Positions 1 to 11,210 are shown, counted from the first letter of the stretch. The stretch is 64,000 bases of DNA from an uncultured Holophaga sp. (GCA_963664825.1 OY761614.1:1216001-1280000), one strand, 5' to 3'. Numbers and translations are program-made. The notes: a model not told the origin generated them from the sequence alone.

Positions 1-1055
1 TGCGCCGCGTCCCCCACCAGCATGCCGCCCGGGAAGGCCAGGCGCGGCATCGAATGCCAGCCGCCGATGGCCAGGGCCTTGGCACCGTATTGGACGAGCT
101 TGCCGCCCTCCAGCAGGGCCTGGATGCGCGCATGGGTCTTGAACTTCTGAAGGCCGAGATGGGCGTCGGCGAAGGGATCAGCCGTATCCAGGCTCATCAC
201 GTAGCCCACGGCCAGGTGGTTGCCCGACATCTTGTAGACGAAGGAACCGCCGCTCTCGCCGTCCGCCATGGGCCAGCCCGTGCTGTGCAGGACGAAGCCC
301 TCTGGCACGCGCCCTTCGGGGATCTCCCAGATCTCCTTGGCGCCGGTCTCGAAGAACTGCGGGTTGGGGGCGTCCTTCTGGAGGCCCAGCACTTCCTCCA
401 GTTCCCGGGCCAGATGACCCCTGGGCCCTTCACCGAAGACCGTCACCTTGGCCCTCAGGTTATTGCCGGGTTCGAAGTTGGACCTGGGCGTGCCATCCCC
501 ATTCACGCCCTTATCGGCGGTCTGGACACCCACCACCCGGCCATCCTCCCAGAGCACCTTGAGGCCCGCGAAGCCCGGCAGCAGCATCACATCCACTCCC
601 GGCACTTCCCGGGCCTCGATCTGCTCGGCCATCCAGCGGACCATCCGGGAGAGCGAGACGATATGGGAACCGTGGTTATGGAAGAAGGGCGGCAGGATGG
701 GCAGTTTGAAGCCGTTGCGCTCGCTGGTGAAGAGCCAGACCTCCTCCTCCTTGACCTTGCCTTCCGAAGGGAAGCCGCGCTTCCGGAAATCCGGGCAGAG
801 TTCCTTCAGGGCGATGGGGTCCAACACGGCACCGGAAAAAGCGTGGTCCCCGATCTCGTCGGCCTTCTCGATGAGGCCGATGGTGAGGCCTTCCAATTTC
901 TTGGAACCCTCCCGGCCATTGTGAGCCTCGATGAGGTCCAGCAGACGCCAGAGGCCAGCTAGGTTGGCCGGGCCGCCACCCACGAAGAGCACATCGAAAT
1001 CCAGGTCCTCGCGTTCCACATCCGGCCGTAACGACTGGGTCGAAAAATCTCGCAT
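1..1055 (-). CDS. Electron transfer flavoprotein-ubiquinone oxidoreductase (FixC/ETF-QO family), runs off the left edge
   Basis: Own translation from ATG at 1055: MRDFSTQSLRPDVEREDLDFDVLFVGGGPANLAG...IEKADEIGDHAFSGAVLDP...GEGPRGHL...GMLVGDAA. FAD-binding and ETF-QO motifs; GGAG SD upstream. Absent from the ORF track because it has no stop in the window. Confidence 0.88.
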   Translation of the reverse strand, partial: MRDFSTQSLRPDVEREDLDFDVLFVGGGPANLAGLWRLLDLIEAHNGREGSKKLEGLTIGLIEKADEIGDHAFSGAVLDPIALKELCPDFRKRGFPSEGKVKEEEVWLFTSERNGFKLPILPPFFHNHGSHIVSLSRMVRWMAEQIEAREVPGVDVMLLPGFAGLKVLWEDGRVVGVQTADKGVNGDGTPRSNFEPGNNLRAKVTVFGEGPRGHLARELEEVLGLQKDAPNPQFFETGAKEIWEIPEGRVPEGFVLHSTGWPMADGESGGSFVYKMSGNHLAVGYVMSLDTADPFADAHLGLQKFKTHARIQALLEGGKLVQYGAKALAIGGWHSMPRLAFPGGMLVGDAA

Positions 1056-1118
1056 GGGGGTCTCCAACTAACAGAACACCCAGTTTAACCGTTGTCGCGG
1101 CTTTCCGCCGAGGTGGCC

Positions 1119-2039
1119 TCAGCCCGCGATGAGCCTCACCAAGGGGATCACCGCCAGGCTGCAGATGACGCCGGAGTAGAAGCTGAGGAGGGTGTACTGG
1201 CGACCGCAGTAGCGCTGCACGAAGGGGAGCATCACGTCCATGCTGGTGGCGCCTCCCAGATACACCGGCAGGTAGGGCGACACCCGGGCCGCCAGGGGCG
1301 CGCTGAGGATGGAGAGCAGTTCGCGGAAGACATTGTGGATGAAGGCCAGGAGGGAGAGCAGCACCAGGCCGCGCTCGGCGAGGAGCACGGAGGACAGCGA
1401 GTACCAGCCCATGCCGGAATAGATCAGCATGCCTTCCCGGGCGGAATGCCGGGAGACCAGGCTGAACAGGAGGCCACACCCAAGGCTGGCCAGGATATTC
1501 ACGAAGGGCGCCAGCAGCAGCAAGGGCGGGAGCTGGCGCAGATCCAGGCGATGCAGTTCGGCGCCCAGATCGAATCCGATGAAGAGGAGGAGGGCGCGCA
1601 GGATCCATTCCCCCAGGAGATCCATCGGAATGCGCGCCGCGACGGCCCCGGGAAGGGCCAGGAAGAGGAGGAAGCCCGCCAGGATGCAGCCGCTATTGAG
1701 GGCCACGGCCCCCAACTCATGGCCCTCACCGGTCTCGGCCGAGGCCTCCTCCGCGTGAGGCCCCACACCACGGCCGCGCACCCGGTCGACGAGGAGGAAG
1801 ACGCCGAAGAAGACCGCCACCAGGAACAAGCTCGAGGCGATGGCGGCGAAAAATACGCTGAGGTCCTTGGCGAAGAGGCCCCGATTCAGCGCCAGCTTCA
1901 TGCCCATGACGGCCAGCAGGGCCCACAGCGTTCCACGCCCGAAACCGCGATTGAGGAGGACGGCTCGCTCGGAATCCCGGGCGCACCAGCCCAGAGCGCC
2001 CCCAAGCACCAGCACAGAGAAAAGAATCAAGACGCCCAT
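1119..2039 (-). CDS. LysO (DUF340) family lysine exporter-like membrane protein
   Basis: Multiple TM segments; SGMGWYSLS, HNVFRE and GGATSMD motifs typical of LysO. Confidence 0.8.
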   Translation of the reverse strand: MGVLILFSVLVLGGALGWCARDSERAVLLNRGFGRGTLWALLAVMGMKLALNRGLFAKDLSVFFAAIASSLFLVAVFFGVFLLVDRVRGRGVGPHAEEASAETGEGHELGAVALNSGCILAGFLLFLALPGAVAARIPMDLLGEWILRALLLFIGFDLGAELHRLDLRQLPPLLLLAPFVNILASLGCGLLFSLVSRHSAREGMLIYSGMGWYSLSSVLLAERGLVLLSLLAFIHNVFRELLSILSAPLAARVSPYLPVYLGGATSMDVMLPFVQRYCGRQYTLLSFYSGVICSLAVIPLVRLIAG

Positions 2040-2051
2040 GGAAGGATCTCT

Positions 2052-2633
2052 TCAGCTCAGACGCATTTTCAGGGCCCGGGCGGCGCGGCCCCGGTGGCTG
2101 AGGCCGTGTTTGATCTCGGTGGCCAGTTCGCCGAAGGTCTGTTCGAACTCGTCGGGGATGAAGATGGGGTCGTAGCCGAAACCATGGATACCCCTGGGTT
2201 CCAGGGCCAGCGTGCCTTCGACTGCGCCGCTCACGGTGAAGGGCTCTCCCTCCAGGGGCGCGAAGGCCAGCACGCAGACGAAGCGGGCCGTGCGGGGGGC
2301 ATCGGCGGGAATCATGGAGAGGAGCTTCCGGTTCTTGGCCGGGTAATCCAGGTCGGCGGCGAAGCGGGCCGAGAGCACGCCGGGACCGCCCCAGAGCGCG
2401 TCCACGCAGAGGCCTGAATCGTCGGCCAGGACGCCCTCCACGGGTTCAAGACCCTGCTGTTTCCACCAATCGAGCGCGTAGGTGACCTTCTGGAGGGCAT
2501 TGTCCTGGAAGAAGGCGCCGTCTTCGGGGATCTCGGGGGCCTCAGGCGGCCAGAGCACGAATTCGATGCCCGGCAGCAGTTCCGAGAGTTCCTGGGCCTT
2601 GTGGGCATTGCGGGAGGCGAGGAGGAGCTTCAT
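2052..2633 (-). CDS. rdgB: Non-canonical purine NTP pyrophosphatase (RdgB/HAM1)
   Basis: ASRNAHK, ADDSGL, GFGYDPIF and SHRGRA motifs. Confidence 0.93.
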   Translation of the reverse strand: MKLLLASRNAHKAQELSELLPGIEFVLWPPEAPEIPEDGAFFQDNALQKVTYALDWWKQQGLEPVEGVLADDSGLCVDALWGGPGVLSARFAADLDYPAKNRKLLSMIPADAPRTARFVCVLAFAPLEGEPFTVSGAVEGTLALEPRGIHGFGYDPIFIPDEFEQTFGELATEIKHGLSHRGRAARALKMRLS

Positions 2634-2637
2634 GGCT

Positions 2638-3636
2638 TCAGCATCCCACGACTTCCGTGTACCACGCCCTCGCCCGCTCCGGCGTCAGGTCGCCGTGGAG
2701 GAGGGCCCGGCCATCCCGGAAGAGCATGACGCGCCAGGCCCCGTCCATGCCGGAAAGAGCCAGGCTGCTGAGTTTCCAGGCGTTGCCCGTGCGCGCTTCC
2801 AGGCGCTCCTGAAGGGATGGCAGGTCGAGGTCGCCGGGGGGGTTCACACGGATCTGGACGCCTTCCAGGCCGCAGAGCCGAGAGGCTCGCAGGCTCCAGC
2901 GGGCATCCAGGAATTCGGTAATCTTCTCCGTGCAGAAGCGGCAGCGAGATTTCGGGGGATGGATGAACTGGCGTTCGTTGCGCCAGAAGTCGAAGCGGGC
3001 CAGCTCCGAATGGGGTTCCTTTCCCGTGAGGAGCTTGATGGCCTCTAGGGCGGCCCAGCTCCCCACCACGCCCACGGCGGGCCCCAGCACACCCGCGCTA
3101 TCGCAGGTGTCCACGTCGCCGGATGCGGGCGGCTCCTCCATGAGACAGCGCAGGCAGGGCGTCCGGGGGGGGTGGATGGGCCAGACCATGCCCTCGGCGC
3201 CGAGAGCCCCGGCGTAGATCCAGGGCCTGCCCGTGAGGATCGACACATCGTTGATGAGGTAGCGCGCCTCGAAATTGTCCGTGCCATCCAGGATCAGATC
3301 GAAGCCCGAAAGCAGTTCCCGGGCGTTGCCGCTGGTGAGATCGGCGATGATGGGCCGGATCTCGATTCCCGAATTGGCCTCCCGGAGCCGGGCCGCGGCC
3401 ACCTCGGCCTTGGGCCGCAGCAGATCGCTCTCCCCATAGAGGATCTGGCGCTGGAGGTTGCTCCGCTCCACGAGATCCCGGTCCAGGATCGTCAGATGCC
3501 CCACCCCTGCCCGCACCAGCCAGGGCGCGATGACCGAGCCGGTAGCCCCCAGGCCCACCAGCACCACCCGCGCCTCCCGCAGCCGGGCCTCGGCCTCGGC
3601 GCCAAGAAAGATACGCTGCTTCGCGTATCGGTCCAT
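2638..3636 (-). CDS. ThiF/MoeB family adenylyltransferase
   Basis: MDRYAKQ start, GLGATGS, SNLQRQILY, DGTDNFEAR, CLRC and CRFC Zn motifs, TCDSAGVLG. Confidence 0.9.
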   Translation of the reverse strand: MDRYAKQRIFLGAEAEARLREARVVLVGLGATGSVIAPWLVRAGVGHLTILDRDLVERSNLQRQILYGESDLLRPKAEVAAARLREANSGIEIRPIIADLTSGNARELLSGFDLILDGTDNFEARYLINDVSILTGRPWIYAGALGAEGMVWPIHPPRTPCLRCLMEEPPASGDVDTCDSAGVLGPAVGVVGSWAALEAIKLLTGKEPHSELARFDFWRNERQFIHPPKSRCRFCTEKITEFLDARWSLRASRLCGLEGVQIRVNPPGDLDLPSLQERLEARTGNAWKLSSLALSGMDGAWRVMLFRDGRALLHGDLTPERARAWYTEVVGC

Positions 3637-3743
3637 CACCGAAGCCCACCCCTTCCCTCGACCCACATGTCCAGAAGGGAGGGCCTCGGCATCGCCGAAG
3701 GCGGCACCGAGACAATGCGCTGTTTCCCGTGCCGGTCCATCAT
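3636..3743 (-). CDS. Putative mini-ORF D (35 aa, MMDRHGKQRIVSVPPSAMPRPSLLDMWVEGRGGLR)
   Basis: ATGATG overlap with ORF C; its TGA overlaps the thiF/moeB ATG (TGATG). Confidence 0.4.
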   Translation of the reverse strand: MMDRHGKQRIVSVPPSAMPRPSLLDMWVEGRGGLR

Positions 3744-3847
3744 CGAAGCCCGTCCCTTTCCGCGGCCGACCTACCCAAAAGGGAGGGCCTCGGCATCGCC
3801 GGAGGCGATACCGAGAGGATTCGCTGCTTTGCGTGCCGGTCCATCAT
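3740..3847 (-). CDS. Putative mini-ORF C (35 aa, MMDRHAKQRILSVSPPAMPRPSLLGRSAAERDGLR)
   Basis: ATGATG overlap with the stop of ORF B. Confidence 0.4.
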   Translation of the reverse strand: MMDRHAKQRILSVSPPAMPRPSLLGRSAAERDGLR

Positions 3848-3951
3848 TGAAGCCCGTCCCTTCCCTCGACCCACATGTCCAAAAGGGAGGGCCTCGGCAT
3901 CGCCGAAGGCGGTACCGAGAGGATACGCTGCTTCGCGTACCGGTCCCTCAT
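3844..3951 (-). CDS. Putative mini-ORF B (35 aa, MRDRYAKQRILSVPPSAMPRPSLLDMWVEGRDGLQ)
   Basis: ATGA overlap with ORF A; purine-rich GAGGGAAGGGG upstream. Confidence 0.4.
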   Translation of the reverse strand: MRDRYAKQRILSVPPSAMPRPSLLDMWVEGRDGLQ

Positions 3952-4052
3952 CGAAGCCCACCCCTTCCCTCGACCCACATGTCCAAAAGGGAGGGCCTCG
4001 GCATCGCCGAAGGCGATACCGAGAGGATTCGCTGCTTGGCGTACCGGTCCAT
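3948..4052 (-). CDS. Putative mini-ORF A (34 aa, MDRYAKQRILSVSPSAMPRPSLLDMWVEGRGGLR)
   Basis: ATG 9 nt after the stop of the upstream lipoprotein gene; its TGA overlaps the ATG of the next unit. Confidence 0.4.
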   Translation of the reverse strand: MDRYAKQRILSVSPSAMPRPSLLDMWVEGRGGLR

Positions 4053-4061
4053 ATCGATAGC

Positions 4062-4481
4062 TTACCTGGGCAAGGGGATCCACCCCCATCCGTGAGCCAG
4101 GATGTTCAGGAAGTTCTGAGCGCCCCGGGAGAACAGCGTGTATTTCACGGACATCTGGATGGTCCGGTCTTCGGGGCCCACCAGTACAAAATTGAAGGGG
4201 CGCTCGGAATTGGCCCACCTCTCGGCGCGCACCTTCCACCGAGCCGCGGCCTTGCCGTCTACGGTGACGATCTCCATGGCCTGTTCTTCGCCCACGGCCT
4301 TCGGTGTCCAGCTGCCCAAGGGCAGCGGCAGCGTAATCACCCAGAGGTCTCCTACCTTGCGGGCATCTGCTTGCAGCGTCTGAGCAGGGTGGCCGCTGAT
4401 ATCGGGAGTCAGGATGTGGTGGCGGCAACCCAGGCAGCAGAGCAAGGTGAGCCCAAGGCCCAGAGACAGCTTCAGTTTCAT
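4062..4481 (-). CDS. Hypothetical lipoprotein
   Basis: N-terminal KLK, hydrophobic stretch and CLGC lipobox-like motif. Confidence 0.7.
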   Translation of the reverse strand: MKLKLSLGLGLTLLCCLGCRHHILTPDISGHPAQTLQADARKVGDLWVITLPLPLGSWTPKAVGEEQAMEIVTVDGKAAARWKVRAERWANSERPFNFVLVGPEDRTIQMSVKYTLFSRGAQNFLNILAHGWGWIPLPR

Positions 4482-4501
4482 TCACGCACCTATCGCCCAA
4501 A

Positions 4502-4535
4502 CAAAAGGGGACGAGCGTGAGCCCGTCCCCTTTTG
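4502..4535. terminator. Intrinsic terminator-like hairpin
   Basis: caaaaggggacg...cgtccccttttg 12-bp IR just after the stop of the 4550-5029 gene. Confidence 0.7.
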
Positions 4536-4549
4536 GGTTGAAGGGAAGC

Positions 4550-5029
4550 CTAGGACTGGACGGGAGCGGGAGCGGCAGTGCCCTGCTCGGCCATGGCCTT
4601 CTCGTACTCGGCCTGGAGACGGCTGGCGTCGGAGACGGCGAACTTATAGACATACTCGAAGCGGTCCGTACCCTTGGTGAGGCCGATGATCACTTCGAAA
4701 ACGCCCTCGGCGTTCACTTCGAAGGGGCTGGCGATGACGTTGAAGGTGCCTTCCTTGGCGCCGTCGGGGATCTGCACATCGCTATCGCGGATGATGTCCT
4801 TGCGCTCGCCATTGGGACTCACAATGGAGAAGCTGAACTTGAACTGGCCGTCCATGCGGCTGAAGCGGGTGTAGAAGCACACCTTGGGGAGGACGAAGGG
4901 GATCTGGGGCACAACGATGTGATGGTCATAGATGCCCATGAGGGAAGTCTTACCCCCCATTTCCTGCCGGATATCGTCGCAGAGCAGGGTGAACTCGTGC
5001 TTGGGGGCTTTGATCTGAACTTCCTGCAT
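4550..5029 (-). CDS. Conserved hypothetical protein (DUF6941-like)
   Basis: ATG 5029 with AGGAG SD; LCDDIRQE-x-GGK-x-SLMGIY motif. Confidence 0.7.
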   Translation of the reverse strand: MQEVQIKAPKHEFTLLCDDIRQEMGGKTSLMGIYDHHIVVPQIPFVLPKVCFYTRFSRMDGQFKFSFSIVSPNGERKDIIRDSDVQIPDGAKEGTFNVIASPFEVNAEGVFEVIIGLTKGTDRFEYVYKFAVSDASRLQAEYEKAMAEQGTAAPAPVQS

Positions 5030-5147
5030 GGGATCTCCTGGGTGAACGGTCAGTTTACCTTCAGGCCGGGCCTTTTCCAATGAAAGCCTGAGAATCCAGC
5101 CTGGACGGCCTTCCAGGGTATCTTGGAGAGAGTCCCTGGAGGCACCC

Positions 5148-6758
5148 GTGTTTCGTTGGATCTGCATCCTGTTCGCATCCTTTCTGCTGTCGGCCCAGGA
5201 ACTGCGCCTTCAGGTGCTGTCCACCACCGACATGCACGCGACCGTCATGCCGGAGGATTCCTATACCCTTCAGCCCGTCCCCCGAGGTTGGGCCAAGGTG
5301 GCCACCCTCATCCGGGAACTGAAGGCCAAGAACCCCAATACGCTGCTGGTGGATTGCGGCGACACCATTCAGGGCGAACCCCTGGCCTACGTGGGAGCCC
5401 GCCTTCACCCCGAACTGCCCGATCCCTCCATGGCCATCATGAACGCCCTGGGCTATCACGCCATGACCGTGGGCAATCACGACTTCGACTGGGGCATGGC
5501 CCCCCTCCGCCGGGCCGAGGAACAGGCCACCTTCCCCTGGCTGGGGGCCAATGTGCGCCTGAGTTCCACGGGCAAGAGCGCCTTCACGCCCTACGCCGTG
5601 GTGGAGATGGGCGGCGCCCGGGTGGGCATCCTGGGGCTGACCACCTCGGCCATGGCCCGACTGGGGGATGCCACCACCCTCGGGGCCCTGCGCTTCCAGG
5701 ATGCGGTGGAGACCGCCAAGACCCTTGTGCCCATCCTCCGGGACAAGGAGAAGGTGGATGTGGTGATCGTCGCCCTCCACGGAGGCCTGGGCGATCCGGG
5801 AGCCGTGCCCTTCGAGGCGAACCAGGCCCTGGCCCTCATCGAGCGGGTGCCGGGCATCGATCTGGTCCTGGCGGGCCATACCCACGAAGCCATCACCCTC
5901 CGCCACAAGGGCGTGCCCATCCTCCAGAGCCTCTCCCAGGGCCGCGCCCTGGGCGTCACGGAGCTGGTCCTGAATAAGGAAAAGCGCCACTGGAAACTGG
6001 TCTCCAGCGAGACCCGGTTGGTGCAGCCCACGCTGGAGACCCCCAATGACCCCCAGGTGCTGGAACTCACGGCCCCCCTGCGCGCCTTGACGAATGCCTA
6101 TCTCAACACCCTCGCCACCAACCTGACCATGGATCTGGATGGGCGCTGGTCCCGCATGGAGGATTCGGCCCTGGTGCAGCTCCTCCACAGCGTGCAGAAG
6201 AAGGCCGTAGGCGCCCAGCTCTCGGCGACCTTCAGCCCCTCCACCCATTACTTCGTGCCCAAGGGGCCCACCTCCATCCGCCAGTTTTGGGCCCTGATGC
6301 CTTTCGAAAACAAGGTCGCCCGCATCCGCGTCACGGGCCTCCAGGTGAAGCTCTGGCTGGAGCAAGCGGCCCGCTACTACAACTTCAGCCATCTGCCGGA
6401 GCTCTTCAATAAGGAAGTGCCCGGCTACGACTTCGACATGATCGATGGAGTCAGCTACGCCCTGGATATCTCCAGGCCTGTGGGCCAGCGGGTCGTGGAC
6501 CTGAAGTTCCAGGGCCAGCCCGTGAAGGAGAACCAGCCCTTCACCATGGCCATCAATAGCTACCGCCTGAGCGGCGGGGGCGGCTACCTGGAGGCCATCC
6601 ACTTCAAGGGGGAGGCCGAGGAAGTGAACCCCACGCCCCTGCGCAATCTCCTCTTCGAACGGGTGCTGGGACAGTCCAGCCTGAGCGTGCCCCTGGCCTC
6701 CAACTGGCACATCATCCCCGCCCTGGACCGGGTGCGGGTGCTAGCCCAGTCGAAATAG
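5148..6758 (+). CDS. Periplasmic bifunctional 2',3'-cyclic-nucleotide phosphodiesterase/nucleotidase (5'-nucleotidase family)
   Basis: Signal peptide; TTDMH, DCGDTIQG, GNHDFD, GHTH and AINSYR motifs. Confidence 0.9.
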   Translation: MFRWICILFASFLLSAQELRLQVLSTTDMHATVMPEDSYTLQPVPRGWAKVATLIRELKAKNPNTLLVDCGDTIQGEPLAYVGARLHPELPDPSMAIMNALGYHAMTVGNHDFDWGMAPLRRAEEQATFPWLGANVRLSSTGKSAFTPYAVVEMGGARVGILGLTTSAMARLGDATTLGALRFQDAVETAKTLVPILRDKEKVDVVIVALHGGLGDPGAVPFEANQALALIERVPGIDLVLAGHTHEAITLRHKGVPILQSLSQGRALGVTELVLNKEKRHWKLVSSETRLVQPTLETPNDPQVLELTAPLRALTNAYLNTLATNLTMDLDGRWSRMEDSALVQLLHSVQKKAVGAQLSATFSPSTHYFVPKGPTSIRQFWALMPFENKVARIRVTGLQVKLWLEQAARYYNFSHLPELFNKEVPGYDFDMIDGVSYALDISRPVGQRVVDLKFQGQPVKENQPFTMAINSYRLSGGGGYLEAIHFKGEAEEVNPTPLRNLLFERVLGQSSLSVPLASNWHIIPALDRVRVLAQSK

Positions 6759-6767
6759 CCCTCATCG

Positions 6768-7331
6768 ATGTTCATCCTGGCCATCTCACCCGGCGAGGGC
6801 TACGACGAGGCCCGCTGGAGCCGGGTGCTGGCCTCGGGCATCGACGGCCTCATGCTCCGGGAAAAGCAGATGGAGACCGGAGCCCTCCTGGGGTTCGCCC
6901 TTCGGGTTCGGGACGAGGCGCCGGGGCTCGAGCTCTGGGTCAACGGCCGACTGGACGTGGCGCTGGCGGCGGGTTGCGGCCTGCACGCCCCGGAGGCCTA
7001 TCCCGAAGTGCCCGAGGGCCTGGTCCCCCTTTCGCGGCCCCTTCATGATCCGGCCTCTTTTCCTGCGCGCCGCCAGGCCCAACAGCTGATCCTTTCCCCC
7101 ATCTTCGAGACACCTGGCAAGGGCCCCGCCCTGGGGGCGGCCACCCTTCGAACCTGGCTGGAGGCCCTGCCTCCCTTCCCGGGACGCCTCCTGGCCCTGG
7201 GGGGCATCGGGCCCTCCAATAGCGGGGAACTCCGCCACCGGCGCCTGGGGGGCGTGGCTATGATCCGTGCCCTCTGGCACGCGCCCGATCCCGAGGCCGT
7301 GGTGGCGGGATTGCGGGAATCCTGGCGATAG
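6768..7331 (+). CDS. Thiamine-phosphate synthase-like (ThiE/TenI) protein
   Basis: MLREK, VNGRLDVALA, SPIFETPGK and ALGGI motifs. Confidence 0.8.
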   Translation: MFILAISPGEGYDEARWSRVLASGIDGLMLREKQMETGALLGFALRVRDEAPGLELWVNGRLDVALAAGCGLHAPEAYPEVPEGLVPLSRPLHDPASFPARRQAQQLILSPIFETPGKGPALGAATLRTWLEALPPFPGRLLALGGIGPSNSGELRHRRLGGVAMIRALWHAPDPEAVVAGLRESWR

Positions 7332-7370
7332 GGCTCCTCCTCTAGCAGTACAATCTCACCGGAGGCCGTG

Positions 7371-7712
7371 ATGGAGATCCCCGAACATCTGCACGAACTC
7401 GTCGACCAGCTCGGCCAGGCACTCGTGCAGGCCCTGGCCACCGATCCCACCAGCCGGTCCCTGGCCCGGGAGATCCAAGGGGAAGGCTTCGAAGTGACCC
7501 TCCTCCTGGAAGCCACAGTGGCCCTGCACAAGCGGGAGGAGGCGGAGCTCGAAGCGGAGGGCGAGGCCCCCGACCGGGCCGATCCGGGGCCGGAAGGCGA
7601 CCCCGAGGGTTGGCCCACGCCCGAGGCACGGCGCAGCCAGGCCGCACCCGAGCCCCCCTGGTCCGAGGAGGACCGTGCCTTCCTGCGCACCTTCAAGATT
7701 TCCTTGGATTGA
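7371..7712 (+). CDS. Hypothetical protein
   Basis: GGAGG SD, host-like codon usage, C-terminal EEDRAFLRTFKISLD. Confidence 0.7.
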   Translation: MEIPEHLHELVDQLGQALVQALATDPTSRSLAREIQGEGFEVTLLLEATVALHKREEAELEAEGEAPDRADPGPEGDPEGWPTPEARRSQAAPEPPWSEEDRAFLRTFKISLD

Positions 7713-7751
7713 CCGGGCTCCGTGCCCCAGGCTGCAGAGTGGAGGAACTCG

Positions 7752-8951
7752 ATGTCAGAACGCAGCCAAGGCCCTGCCTGGGATAGACCCGCGCCCGAGG
7801 TCGTGCCCTCCGTACGCCCCAATGCGGCCGGGATGTCCAAGGCTACGCTGAAGGAGCTGCTGAAGTCCTTCGGCGAACCGGCCTTCCGCGCCACCCAAAT
7901 CTTCGAGGGCCTCTACAAACACCGCTGGGCCACCTGGGAGGCCTTCACCAATCTCTCCAAGCCCCTGCGGGAGCGGCTTCAGAGCGAGGTGGACCTGACC
8001 TGGCCCGAGATCGTGGAATCCCTTCCTAGCGCCGATGGCAGCACCAAGCACGCCTTCCGCATGGCGGATGGCCGCATGGTGGAAGGCGTCCACATGCCCT
8101 ACGCGGGACGCACGACCCTCTGCCTCTCGAGCCAGGTGGGATGCGCCATGGGCTGCGTCTTCTGCGCCACAGGCCAGATGGGCATCATCCGAAATTTGAG
8201 CGCCAGCGAGATCGTGGGCCAGGTGATGGCCATGCTGAACGCCCACGGCCACGAGGCCGGAGTGCCGGTGAATCTGGTCTTCATGGGCATGGGCGAGCCC
8301 ATGCACAACCTGAACCAGGTGATGAGGGCCTTCGAGATCCTGAGGGACGCCTCGGGCCTGGCGATCCCCCCCCGGCGCATCACCCTTTCCACCTCGGGCC
8401 TCGTGAGCGGCATCGAGACCCTGGCCAAGTCCAAGATCCGGCCCCGGCTGGCCCTCAGCCTCAATGCCACCACGGACGGCTACCGGTCGAAGATCATGCC
8501 CGTGAACCGGGTCTGGAACCTCCTGGCCCTCACCAAGGCGCTCCAGGCCTTCCCCCTGGAGCGGGGCGAACGGATCACCCTGGAATACGTGCTGCTGAAG
8601 GGCCTCACCGATAGCATGGAGGACGCCCGCCGCCTGGCGGCCTTTGCCCGGAAATTTCCCTGCAAGATCAACCTGATCCCCTTCAACGCCCATGAGGCCG
8701 AAGCAGGAGCGGAGGCCCACGGAACCGCCGGTTCCGCCCGAAGGGCGCGCGCCACGGAGGGCGCGCGTGACGCCGAAGCAGTTTCGGAGCACACCTTTGA
8801 GCCCCCCACCGAGGAGCGCCTCCACGAGCTTTGCAAATACCTCGCCTCCAAGGAAATCACCGTGAACGTGCGCCGCAGTCGGGGCCAGGACGTGGCGGGA
8901 GCCTGTGGGCAACTGGTGCGGGAAGGGCAAAAGAGACTCCAGGCCCCTTGA
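7752..8951 (+). CDS. rlmN: 23S rRNA m2A2503/tRNA methyltransferase RlmN (radical SAM)
   Basis: CLSSQVGCAMGCVFC, MGMGEP, EYVLL, INLIPFN and GQDVAGACGQL; GGAGG SD before ATG 7752. Confidence 0.93.
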   Translation: MSERSQGPAWDRPAPEVVPSVRPNAAGMSKATLKELLKSFGEPAFRATQIFEGLYKHRWATWEAFTNLSKPLRERLQSEVDLTWPEIVESLPSADGSTKHAFRMADGRMVEGVHMPYAGRTTLCLSSQVGCAMGCVFCATGQMGIIRNLSASEIVGQVMAMLNAHGHEAGVPVNLVFMGMGEPMHNLNQVMRAFEILRDASGLAIPPRRITLSTSGLVSGIETLAKSKIRPRLALSLNATTDGYRSKIMPVNRVWNLLALTKALQAFPLERGERITLEYVLLKGLTDSMEDARRLAAFARKFPCKINLIPFNAHEAEAGAEAHGTAGSARRARATEGARDAEAVSEHTFEPPTEERLHELCKYLASKEITVNVRRSRGQDVAGACGQLVREGQKRLQAP

Positions 8952-9083
8952 TTCCTTGCTCCACGGCCTTGGCACCAAGGGGTCCGGACTGGGGCCGAGG
9001 GATCAGAAATCATGCTTTTCCGGAATGTACCGAAAACGATGGAAACGCCTTTGTCCCCCGCTTTTCTGCTATGAATACCGATC

Positions 9084-11210
<2,127 letters not shown>

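Larger units (their letters stand above)
3609..4052. repeat. Tandem array with 104-bp period (about 4.3 units) duplicating the thiF/moeB translation start; each unit has a 27-nt hairpin
   Basis: GGTCC(A/C)T anchors end at 3636, 3740, 3844, 3948 and 4052; hairpins ctcggcatcgcc-GAA/GGA-ggcgRYaccgag at 3685-3711, 3789-3815, 3893-3919 and 3997-4023. Confidence 0.95.

Noticed and set aside
54..2417. Long plus-strand ORFs 54-962 and 1092-2417
   Set aside because: Antisense shadows of ETF-QO, LysO and rdgB; expected in high-GC DNA
3609..4052. CRISPR array interpretation of the 104-bp repeats
   Set aside because: The whole unit is repeated, there are no unique spacers, and there are no cas genes in the window
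7752..8951. Cfr resistance methyltransferase or RiPP radical SAM enzyme
   Set aside because: Housekeeping context and motifs fit RlmN; nothing points to Cfr or a SPASM domain
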